Positions 14,739 to 25,160 of a stretch of 64,000 nt of DNA are shown in pieces. Source of the DNA: Camelus dromedarius. Lineage: Eukaryota. The notes below the pieces were generated by a model, which worked only from the letters and a program-made list of their open reading frames with translations, ran no database searches and was not told where the DNA came from. The position numbers were made by a program, and so were the translations under genes. The number at the start of each line of letters is the position of its first letter. Position 1 is the stretch's first letter. The stretch lies in contig NC_087436.1 in the NCBI RefSeq assembly GCF_036321535.1, positions 26,786,001 through 26,850,000 on the forward strand, read 5' to 3'.

Positions 14739-15070
14739 TGTAGTAGAGAACAACCTTTGTTTTGTTGGAGGTTTACAGGGACACCATGACCTAGCCCACG
14801 GGGATGGCTGCAAGAACAAAGAATGCCTGCAGCAAGAAGATTACAACAATCAACCACATCCTCTCCCTTATTTTCCCTCCCCCTCCCTTATTTTTTGTAT
14901 AAAAGGAGCCTGTATTCTGACTAGAGCAGGATGGTTCTCCAAGACATTAGTCTGCCATCCTCTCGGTCTGCCAGCTCTCCAAATAAAGTGGCTATTCCTT
15001 GCCCCAACACCTTGTCTCCAATTTACTGGCCTGTCGTGTGGTGAGCAGAACGAGTCTGGATTTGGCAACA
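14739..15070 (+). repeat. 5' LTR (332 bp)
   Basis: Direct repeat of 19866-20182; TATAAAA at 14898-14904; AATAAA at 14982-14987. Confidence 0.97.
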
Positions 15071-15071
15071 A

Positions 15072-15092
15072 TTTCGCCAAGGCAGCCAGGAG
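15072..15092 (+). promoter_or_regulatory. Degenerate primer-binding site, probably tRNA-Arg(ACG)
   Basis: tttcgccaaggcagccaggag just after the 5' LTR. The last 10 nt match TGGCGAGCCAGCCAGGAG (complement of the tRNA-Arg ACG 3' end); the 5' half is mutated. Confidence 0.6.
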
Positions 15093-15268
15093 CCTTGCTG
15101 CTAGTGGCCAGCTGGCTCCGTTTGGGGAATTTTCAGGTGAGGCCCTAGCAGCTGCCAGGACCACTGAGGATCTTCCCTTCTAAATGCCCTGAACCGGCAC
15201 CCGCTGCCCCAGCGCTTGGCAGTTGGAGGAAGGAATCGACAATTGGGGGCTGATGGGCTCCATACAGT

Positions 15269-15277
15269 AGGGTAAGT
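15269..15277 (+). promoter_or_regulatory. Candidate major retroviral splice donor
   Basis: agg|GTAAGT consensus donor in the leader between PBS and gag. Confidence 0.55.
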
Positions 15278-15476
15278 CTCTCTGGTGTGTACAGCCAGGA
15301 ACTTTACTCCTCTCCATTTGGGCTTTTTCTCTGGAATAATCCAATTTGTTTTAGTGGGGTACCCTGTTGGTGAGAGGAAACAGTTGCTAGACTTTAACCC
15401 AATTTGGAACTGGTTCATTTGTTTCTTTGGATGCTTGCATTTGTATGTGTTGTTTGTGTTTTGTTTGTCTTGTATT

Positions 15477-15913
15477 TTTTTTTTAACATTTTTTACTGAT
15501 TTATAATCATTTTACAATGTTGTGTCAAATTCCAGTGGAGAGCACAATTTTTCAGTTATACATGAATATATATATATTCATTGTCACATTTTTTTCTCTG
15601 TGAGCTACCATAAGATCTTGTGTATATTTCCCTGTGCTATACAGTATAATCTTGTTTATCTATTCTACAATTTTGAAATCCCGTCTATCCCTTCCCACCC
15701 TCTACCCCCTTGGCAACCACAAGTGTGTATTCTATGTCTGTGAGTCTGTTTCTGTTTTGTATTTATGCTTTGTTTGTTTGTTTTTGTTTTTGTTATTTTT
15801 TAGATTCCACATATGAGTGATCTCATATGGTATTTTTCTTTTTCTGGCTTATTTCACTTAGAATTACATTCTCCAGGAACATCCATGTTGCTGCAAATAG
15901 CGTTATGTTGTCG
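15477..15913 (-). mobile_element. Young camelid-type L1 3' end inserted in the proviral leader
   Basis: Poly-T then L1 3'UTR ('ttagattccacatatgagtgatctcatatgg...catccatgttgctgcaaat'); TSD tgtcttgtatt at 15466-15476 and 15914-15924. Confidence 0.92.
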
Positions 15914-15941
15914 TGTCTTGTATTCTTGTCTTAAAAAAAAG

Positions 15942-16050
15942 ATAGGGAACATTTCAACTATCCCTAAAGAAGGTTCTTTGAGGCACATTTTGAATTTGTG
16001 GTCTGATTACATACAGCTATGAACCCATGCCTAAGGGAAAGATGACTTCA
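15942..16050 (+). pseudogene. gag: First gag matrix N-terminal remnant
   Basis: (I)GNISTIPKEGSLRHILNLWSDY / SYEPMPKGKMT with a frameshift; alignable to the second copy at 16139. Confidence 0.65.
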
Positions 16051-16138
16051 GTTTGTGTTTAGTCATGTTATACTTTGTGTTTTTGGTATTGGGGTTTGTT
16101 TGCGCCTTTTGTGTCTTATTGTTCTTAAACTTATAGAT

Positions 16139-16385
16139 GTGGGAAATACTCCATCTGACCCTAAGGAAAGCCCTTTGGGGTGTGTCTTAAATAAATAGGA
16201 AAATATAGCTGTGAGCCTATGACTAAGAAAAAGATGGTATTTTACTGTAATACTGTTTGAGTAATGTACACTTTAGGCTCTGAGAAACACTGGCCTGAAA
16301 ATGACTAAACCATTCTCCAGTTAGAACTGTTTTGCCAGAGAAAAGATAAATAGGAAGAAATACCACATATATAAGCCTTTACGAA
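16139..16385 (+). pseudogene. gag: Second gag matrix remnant
   Basis: VGNTPSDPKESPLGCVLNK* / KYSCEPMTKKKMVFYCNTV*VMYTLGSEKHWPEN / TILQLELFCQRKDK*EEIPHI*AF. This follows the class-I ERV matrix pattern SPLGC..W...FCN.W..Y....WP.NG...TILQL.LFC...KW.E.PY.QAF. Confidence 0.88.
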
Positions 16386-18640
16386 ATCCCATAATGAGGA
16401 AGGTAATAACTGACAGGGCCCAGGCCTCTAGCCATTTTAAAGACCCCCTATAACAACTGCCACCCAAGAGCCTTAGGAAAAACTGACAGTGGGGTCTCAA
16501 CTAGTGGACTTTGTAACTTCTAAACTTCTATCCCAATGCCAATGACTCAACAGCTGTTATGACCTTTGGAATGCAAATCTTGAAAAAGGGAGTAATTTGG
16601 AAACAAATAGAAATACTAAATGTCTTCCACAGAAGTTAGTAAAAATGTTTAGCTATCTACACAGGCAACTTTGATTTGTTCTGTTCATCTGCCAAAAACC
16701 CAATTTGAATCCAACCTCTTGTAACTGATGAGTCTTACATTGCTGTATCTGATTCATAGCTAAAAGTTTAAAACGGGAACTATGAGGTCTCTGTGTTTCT
16801 GTGTTTGTACATACCTATATGTGTGTTGTAGATATGTGGCATTGCCAAAATTAATTTGTAAAAGAGCCCTATTTAATTGGCTTAAAGAAAATTAAATGCT
16901 TATATAAATAACTCAGAAATATAAAAGAAACTGGCCAGAATGAAAATCGGGTTCCTGTGATCTAAAAAAATACTCAGTACTGAATCGATTACCTGGTATT
17001 TGAAGCTAACTTAAGCCTATTGGTTCAATTAATATAGACATGTCTCAAGATTCATTAACGTTAAGCATAGAATTTCTATTGTACTTAGGTTTAATAGAAG
17101 TTCAATAAAACACTGTCATATCTGTTACAAATTAGTCAGCAAGAAAAACAACTTGGGATAATATTCTCATAAGTAACTTAAATGTAAATGAGAAAGAGAT
17201 TTTGGGTAAACTTTAAGGAATTATTATTTCAGGAATGTCCACTCAAATGATCTCCCCAGATATTTGGTAACTTAAAATTTTAGAGTTGTGTTAAATTAAG
17301 TTAAATGATGGAAGTTTATTAAATAGCTAGGTTATTTTCAGATAAAATAAGATATCAAAACATTAATTGCTGAATATTGACTTCCTTTTATAGGAAAACT
17401 AAAGATATTTAGAAATGAGTATTAACAAATGTTTGGTGCCACCCTAAAATATTCTCTACTACTAAGGGAAACATCTCAGTATGCTAGGAAAGTAAGATGA
17501 ATGTTTTCAGTGAAAGAAGGCATAAGGAATGGAATTATATTTTGTTAATGAAAAAAGAGTGACTTTGTCCTAAGCCTAGTTGCTTCTGAATGAAAAAGAA
17601 AATAAGGGCCAAAATAATATAGATAGAGAAAATTGTAAAAGGTTTGTGAAAGAGAAACCCTGAAGAAAATAATTTTGTACATGGTCAGGATTGGCTAAGT
17701 TTAAAATAAATTTAGTTAATTAAATAAATCTTAAAAGTAAGCTGGTACAAGATGACTAGATTTGGTTCTCTTTCTCTCTGTTGAGAGAACAAAGTTATCT
17801 TAAAATGTTAATCTGCTTTTTAGTACAGATTGTAAAGTTTCTTTTACCTCTTAAGTGATCTGTTCTGTATTTACTCTTGAAATATTTTTATTGTTAATGA
17901 ATAAGTACTGTTTCACAGTGACCTATACTTTTATCTGACCAACTATTTTGAAACTTTTTAACAAGCTTCCCAAATATCAAATTTTAATCAGAATTCTTTT
18001 GACCTCCAGCTAAATCTGGGATGCTTCAGAGGGCCCCTGAAACATCCCAAAGAGAGATTTTAAACTAGTAAGTTTAACTTGGTATGCTAAACAACATGGG
18101 AGGTATTGTCAAATGAATAATAAATCTTCCTAGGTTATAATGTATAAAAATATTATTAATATAGATATTCTAGAAATTATATGGAATCCCTAAGAATCTG
18201 GTATGTCTGAAATGTTACCAGTCATAATTCTGGTTATTATGACCAGATGTCTTTATTGATTACAGTGTAACTAGGTGCTTAACCATGCTTTTAGGTCTTT
18301 TGTCATTTATAGACAGTTATTGTTTTATTCTGATGCTTTTGCATAATGCTTTCTCTTCAAGGAGATTTACTGATTTCTAATTTCAAACTACAGCAATGAA
18401 CTAAACTGGGTAAGAAATTTTAAAAGTCTGATGGAAACTGAGTTCATAAAACTGTTAACAAAAGAAGGATTAGTTACATGGGACTAAATAAACTGATGAA
18501 TATGTTTATAATTTTTGGTTTTGTCTGAAATATTACTGCCTTTTAATCTGTGTTCTCCAGATATAAAGAAGTCCTTCTTCTCAAGCTAATTATGACTTAT
18601 AGCAGTTTGGTAAACTATACTTTTGTAAGCACCTAGTGAT

Positions 18641-18751
18641 AGTTCTTGGCTTAAATTCTCACTTATGACCTTACTAATACTGCTAACTATATTATTTGTA
18701 CTTTGCCTGTTTTACATAATTATTATTTCTTGTATTATACAGTGTGACTGA
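18641..18751 (+). pseudogene. env: env transmembrane-anchor remnant 1
   Basis: Translates SSWLKFSLMTLLILLTILFVLCLFYIIIISCIIQCD*; hydrophobic anchor at the env-terminal position of the provirus. Confidence 0.6.
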
Positions 18752-18835
18752 GCCTCTGATAAAATAATGACTAGGTAACTTAAAACAGTAGACCAGATAT
18801 ATACTTCTGTACGAGACCAATGATTGTATGTGTGA

Positions 18836-18994
18836 AAAGTTATAACCCAAGTTAATACCTGGTTTTCTGGTCTCTTTTCATGGATACCCCAAGGTCTCAA
18901 ATCCATTCTTATGGGAATTCTACAGTTTCTGTTATCACTTCTGTTACCAGGAGTTGGTATATATCTAATATTCAGACTGTTTTTCCTTGTCTAA
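18836..18994 (+). pseudogene. env: env transmembrane-anchor remnant 2 (different sequence)
   Basis: Translates KVITQVNTWFSGLFSWIPQGLKSILMGILQFLLSLLLPGVGIYLIFRLFFLV*; W-rich membrane-proximal segment plus hydrophobic anchor. Confidence 0.6.
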
Positions 18995-19865
18995 TGTACA
19001 GGAAATGAGCAGCTAAGGCTCTTTCTGAACCCCCAGCCACATGGCAAGATCAGGTTCGCTCATTCCATTTCAAGGGCCCCAAACAACGCCCCCTTTCAGC
19101 AGGAACACGATGCCCATCTCCCTATTTCCAAGAAATGGAATTAGAGAAACTGACAGTGGGGATTTTGAAGGAGGATTAATAAAATGGCTGCACTTAGGCT
19201 AACAAATTGCTTATTCTTATGCTTGCCCTTAAAACGGTCAACTGATCTGACTGACCAGTTGCTACTCACAGTTCCAGACCCACTGTTAAAACTAAAGTTA
19301 TTGATCTTACTGTTTCTACTTTATTCCAGTAATCAAAAGCTATAATCATGCTTGGTTTCTGAGTCGATCTCCAGGGAGAAGGTCACAGGACTTTAACCTT
19401 ACAAAATAGCTAGAATTACCAAGAAAACCACACCTTGGGTGCTTATAAGATAAAGAGAAGGAAAGAGTGACAACCGCTAGCCTCTGTAGAACTGGTCGCC
19501 TGGAGGCTTCATGACACCATTCTAAGTCTTCAGATGAACTAAATAGCACAGGAATCTAGTGCAATTACGGTACAGTGGAAAAAAATAACATTAATAGATA
19601 TGTATGGGGAACCAAAACCCCAAGTTCAACAAAGTACCAAGGAGTTTTATCAGGATCAAATAGTTGTAAATAAAGAGAAAGAGAAAAAAAAAAGAAAGAG
19701 AGATTATACTACTGACTAAAAATGCCAAGGAATGTTCCCTGACCAAAGCTGATCAATTCCATTCTATAATCACCCCCTCATCGCCCCTTTTGAGCAGGAA
19801 GTAGCCAGAGCAGTCATCGCCCCTTTTCCCACAAGATTGTGGAATGGACATGGATAGTGGGGAAT

Positions 19866-20182
19866 TGTAGTAGAGAATAACCTTTGTTTTGTTGGAGGTT
19901 TACAGGGACACCGTGACCTAGCCCACGGGGATGGCTGCAAGAACAAAGAATGCCTGCAGCAAGAAGATTACAACAATCAACCACATCCTCTCCCTTATTT
20001 TCCCTCCCCCTCCCTTATTTTTTGTATAAAAGGAGCCTGTATTCTGACTAGAGCAGGATGGTTCTCCAAGACATTAGTCTGCCATCCTCTCCGTCTTCCG
20101 GCTTTCTTCCTTGCCCCAACACCTCGTCTCCGATTTACTGGCCTGTCGTGCAGCGAGCAGAATGAGTTTGGACTCGGCAACA
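19866..20182 (+). repeat. 3' LTR (317 bp), lacking AATAAA
   Basis: Preceded by purine-rich 'ggatagtggggaat'; 15-bp deletion (caaataaagtggcta) relative to the 5' LTR. Confidence 0.97.
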
Positions 20183-20186
20183 ACAG

Positions 20187-20500
20187 TGATGTATGTACTC
20201 CCTGAGTGCATGTTTATAAGGATATTGCTTGCCTTGTACTTCCTCCCTTTTCCCTTTCCTACAGGCTGGGATGTGAACATGACAGTGGGAGCAGCGTCAC
20301 CTGTGTACCTGAGCACAACCCCGGGACAGGGATGAGACAGCAACAAGATAGAAGGAATCAGGGCTCCTGTGTGACGGATGGTGTAGAAGCATTTATCCTG
20401 ACCAGCTGCAGACATGGCCTTCTCCATAAGAGACCAATAAAATTCTTTTGTACTTGGGCCACTTCATTGTAGGATACTTTTGTTACAACAGAACATTCGT
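20187..20500 (+). mobile_element. LTR16-like (ERVL) old LTR, 3' part; 5' part at ~14030-14064 and 14693-14738
   Basis: Removing the insertions restores 'aatataatgaaagtgacagtgatgtatgtactcctg'; downstream motifs 'agcaacaagatagaaggaatcagggctcct' and 'aataaaattctttt...ttttgttacaacag' are LTR16-type. Confidence 0.6.
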
Positions 20501-22470
20501 TGAATTCTCTTTCTGGATATGATGTGGAAAAAATTGACTCTGATCTCTTGAAAATCCAGGAATTTGTGCCTACACTGGAAATTATTTCTAGTCAAGTTTA
20601 TTACTCTGTGTTTTTCTCAAGTAAGAGAAACACAGGAAATTTAAAAACTGGAAGTCACAAACCTGCTGAAAAGTTAATGTGGATCACTGCTTCAGACAAT
20701 TTCTTAAACAGGAGACATGGCTTCAAATTAGAGGGTGGAAATCTTGTTAAAAAAAATAGGAATCAGAAAAAGGCAAGGGGTGGTAATGAATTAAATAGGA
20801 AGTGGTAGTGTAGCACCAGTGTGAAAAAGGTCAATGTTATTCTCAAATGAACATACCGAGTAGTTTCATGTAAAGCGGGAGAGTTAATGTTTGAGAAAAC
20901 AGCCTTGTTCAAGGATATCAGAATCTCACTATGATATATTATAGTTCTGCTTAAGAAGACAAAATAAACCTCAGAAGAGGAATATAATTCTGGGCTTAAG
21001 AAAACATATTTGCTTTATTCACAATGGATCCATTATACAGTTAGCATATTCAGGCCCATAGAATATGTTTTCATGCTTAAGATAATCTTTTTAAATCATA
21101 TATATAGATATTAATACTGAGTCAGTAAAACCCTGAATTTTAAGGAAAAACAGCATTTAGTTTATATGTGACATCAAAATTATGTACTAACTAGATGTTT
21201 ACTATATAACCCAATTAATGTGACCAGATATGTGAATGAAATTAAGGATAAAAGATAATTTTAGTATTTTATACTACACAAAGGAAAAATAACAGCATTA
21301 CATGGAAATTGTTTAAAGTGCTTATTACAAAATCAAGCATATGTTCTCAGAGCAATTTGAATTAAAACCTACCTTAGGGCTTAGAGTTCAGAGAAATCTT
21401 TTATGAAGTTACTTGGATATAAAACAAGTCAGGGAGGAAGATGAGGGCTAACAACTTAAAAATCAGCCATTTTACCCAACTGTTCTGCCTTACCCCACTC
21501 CCACCACACACACACACAAAACAGAAAGAGAGCATACTCTTTTCCCACATCCATTAGGTTTGCTATTGATTTTTTTATATGAAATAAGCATTTGTTTAGA
21601 TGACCTAATGCACAAACACAGGCCAGAAAAATCTCCCCATCTATCCATTCAGTCCTCTTGCTGAGAATCTGAACAGGACAACTTCTCTCCAATGACCCTA
21701 AGTTAGATGCTTCGTTAAAATACGTTGCCTCGGATGGAGACCCTGTCCAGTAATACTTTGTGTTTTTTACAAACAATGTACACTCTATACCAGTAAGAGT
21801 AGGTATATTCTCCAGGCTCAGAATCTTTCTTGGAAAGTAGTAAGTGGTGACAAAAACTAACGAGGCTGAAGCAGTAATAGTTTCATTTCCCACATGTGCT
21901 CTGCTGGAATTGCTACTGCTTTCACAGACACTCCTCTCCTTGCATGGCCGTCATTTACTCCTCAAAGTAAATGCAGTGGCTTAAATCACATGCTTCACTC
22001 ACTTCACAGCCAAAATACTGCCCTCCACAGCACTAGAGAATTCTATGGTCTTTGTGCTCGTACACAAACAGTGAACTGATCATATCTGGTAATATGGGAA
22101 AACTGAAGCAAGCAGGGTTGAGAACATGGCATTTACAGCATGCGGCACGCAGAGGAAACTGGGAGAACTGCGTACTAATTTACTCATTTATAGTTTATCT
22201 CACCACAATATTTCATGGTGTTTGGAGGTAAACCAAGAACACAGGATACAATGTGGCACAGTCCAGGTCCTCCCTCTTGGAAGGGCTAGAAAATGTGCTA
22301 GAAAATGAATTCTTTCTAGACATGTTGGCAGGGCAGATTTTTTTCTAATACCTCCACCTTATTTTTTATCCAGACATTTGTGGACTACATACTTCTGGGA
22401 TTTTTATTTGTGTGTTTCAAATACATGTTTGAAAATGTTTTTAACAGCCTATTAGATTTGGATGGAAACT

Positions 22471-22972
22471 TGTTACTTAACTAAACCACATTTGGGTCTG
22501 CTCTCCCCCTCATGGTAAGGCCAATCTGCTAACACCAGGTTGTGGTGAAGGAAAGCAGGAAAGCACAGTGTGTACTGCAGGGCACTGTACAAGGAGTCTG
22601 GGACAGCTAGTGCTCAAAACACCCGAACTCCCTGTTGCATTTCAGCAAAGTATTTTAAATGTCAGATGAGGGAGAGGAGTTGCAGTGTATGTGATCAGTT
22701 GGTGCACAATTCTCTGACTGGTTGATGGTGAGGTAGTAGGGCAGTGTCACAAGGCTGACATTATCAATCCTTAGGCTGGGTCTGGGGGCTACGTACTCAT
22801 GGTCATCAAGTAGTTAATGTCTTCCATTTGGTGGAGGGTTTTTGAATCGGTAAAGCAACTCAGGATATGTGCATCAGAAACTACTATCTTGAAACTTCAG
22901 TAAGGAGCCAAAGCAGAGGATATGGGGGAGGTGTCTGTCCTGGAAGGCCCCGTAGAAGTCTGCTTGGTTACA
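22471..22972 (-). mobile_element. ERV1-class solo LTR (~500 bp)
   Basis: TGTTAC...GTTACA termini; reverse strand begins tgtaaccaagcagacttctacggggccttccaggacagac, a laurasiatherian ERV1 LTR-type head. TSD imperfect. Confidence 0.85.
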
Positions 22973-24756
22973 CTTACAGGACACAAATATTAACGCCAGT
23001 ATCACACTCAGTCTTTCCTGGTAGTTATTCTGTGCAATCCTTTTGTGCACACTAATCTGCTTTCCCTTAATGCTTCTGTATAGATAGGCCATGAAGATAT
23101 TTCTACACTCAGCACAAAATCCAGTGACACTGGAAACTTGCAATATTATTTTCCTCCAGGCTGGGTTAGATGCTCCTCACTTCCACAGAATAGCATGCAA
23201 ACCTCTGTCATAACAGTCCTTCCCAGGGGTTGCAATTATCATTTTACTTCTCAGTCTCCATTACTGAATTGAAGCTTTCTTTCATTTTTCTGATTTCAGG
23301 AAACTAGCACAAATGTGTGGCACCTCTGTGTCCTCAACAAATGTTTACTGAATACTTGAATGAACTACTTATTTTATATATATTAAATTGTGGCTGCTAT
23401 TGATTCAAGAGCTCATCATTATTAAATTACTTGCAAAGTCAAGACACAGATCCTACCTCTTAGGCCAAATTTCTTGTCATTTAAAATTATGTCCACTCAG
23501 AATCAGTAACTCTCCCCTTCAACCTCTCCATGCTGTATCAACAGCTATTTATGATTGAGTATTCTGACCAAGTAAAACTTCAGCTGGTGAAGTTAAGTGC
23601 ATAAAGAGCAACTGCTTAAGAAAACATTTACTTTTTTTTTTTTTTTTTTTATCTCTCAGTGATTTCCTACAGCAACTGTTTATAATTCTGCCCTCACTTG
23701 CTCTGTCACATCTGTAGGAAACTGTAGGGGGAAAAAAAGGTGCAAAATACATTTTTCAGTTTGGTGAACAGCAGTCTGATTAGACAGCATCGAGGTGCAC
23801 TTTGGCTCTGTCACAGCAAAGCCTGGGAAATGCCTTGAGAAAATTATTGGTGCAAGGGTCTTAAAGAATTAAACACCTGCCAATTTCTCACTCTTTCTCT
23901 TTCTGATTCATAAGAAGATTACAGAATACAGAACTTAAAGAGGTTTACTTTTTTCTCCTAAGACTATCTTTTTCCCCAAGGTAGACTATTGGCTATTTTT
24001 GTATTCAACTGTCAGAAATAACTCTTCTAATAACATTATCTTCAGCACAGGATGAATTTTAGGACAAAAAATAAATACTGAGATCATTTAGAATAATCCT
24101 TCTTTTAGGTGTATGGCAATTGAGGCCAGAAAAAGGAAGCCATGTACTCATAATCATACTGCTAATTAAGGGATAATATAATTTGAGGTTTCTTTCTTTA
24201 AGCCAAAATTTATTTTCACTAAAGTAGCTTCTTTCATAATTTCATAAAGACAGAAATTCCATTTTCTTTAAGAATTTTTATTTGAAAAAATTTGAAACTT
24301 AGTATTGTGTTCATACTATGTCAATACGAAAATTACAAATATAAATTAGTGGTTCTAACTTAAAGTTGGATAAATAACACATTTTTGATATTTTTCAAAA
24401 ATGTCAAAAATGAAATACATAGAATTCAATTTATCATTTTGACCTTCGTAATGATTTCTACTTTTGTCATGTAGTCAATTATGATGCACATGCAACTCTA
24501 TTTGTAATTTTCAAGTTTCATCTGCCCACACACCAAATTCAGTTTTATTTTGCTGGTTATTTCATGTAACACATTCTTCAGTATAAACTGGAAATTGCTT
24601 CCCTTAATCTAAGACAATAAAATCTTTTCATGTCAGATTGAATGTTTTGATGCAAACTCAGAGTTCTGTAGAATGGGTAAACTTAAAAAATTAAACTTAA
24701 AAAATCTAGAATTCTATCACAAAATGTACACTATATTTTGCATAATTTAAGCAATG

Positions 24757-25160
24757 ACTTAGTTTACTAGGGCTACCATAACAAAGTATCACAGACTGGG
24801 TGGCTCAAACAACAGAAATGCATTTCCTCTTCATGGTTCTAGAGACTGGAATTTCAAGACCAAGGTATCAGCAGGTTTGGTTTCTTCTGAGGCTGCTTTC
24901 CTTGGCTTGCAGATGGCCGCCTTCACCTGTGCCCTCACAAGGTCTTCCGTCTGTGTGCATGCACCCCCAGTATCTTTCTGTGTGTCTAAATTTCCTCTTT
25001 TTATAAAGACACTGGTCAATTTGGATTAGGCCCCACCCTAAAGGCCTCATTTTAATGTAATCACTTCTTTCAATGCTTTGTCTCTAAATACAGTCACATT
25101 CTGAGCTAGAGGGTTAGAGCTTCATCACAGTTTTGTAGGGGACACAACTCAGTCCGTAAC
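24757..25160 (-). mobile_element. MLT1B-like solo LTR
   Basis: 'ttagtttactagggctaccataacaaagtatcacagactgggtggctcaaacaacagaaat...ataaagacactggtcaatttggattaggccccaccct...gacacaactcagtccgtaac'. Confidence 0.9.

Larger units (their letters stand above)
14739..20182 (+). mobile_element. Non-autonomous ERV1-class (gammaretrovirus-like) provirus, 5.4 kb, no recognisable pol
   Basis: Paired LTRs 14739-15070 and 19866-20182 (TG...CA); perfect TSD ACAG (14735-14738 / 20183-20186); degenerate PBS; splice donor; gag MA remnants; env TM remnants; purine-rich tract before the 3' LTR. Confidence 0.96.

Noticed and set aside
16500..18600. Possible pol or captured host gene within the provirus
   Set aside because: AT-rich, no ORF of 60 aa or more in the track, and no RT/IN motifs seen; resembles the non-coding spacer of non-autonomous class-I ERVs.
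14868..20183. Two ORFs sharing the C-terminus GWQTNVLENHPALVRIQAPFIQKIREGEGK
   Set aside because: Antisense translations of the duplicated LTRs, not paralogous genes.
21456..21893. Longest ORF in the window (145 aa, minus)
   Set aside because: No recognisable domain, runs through a (TG)n tract, no convincing exon context; length is compatible with chance in 64 kb.
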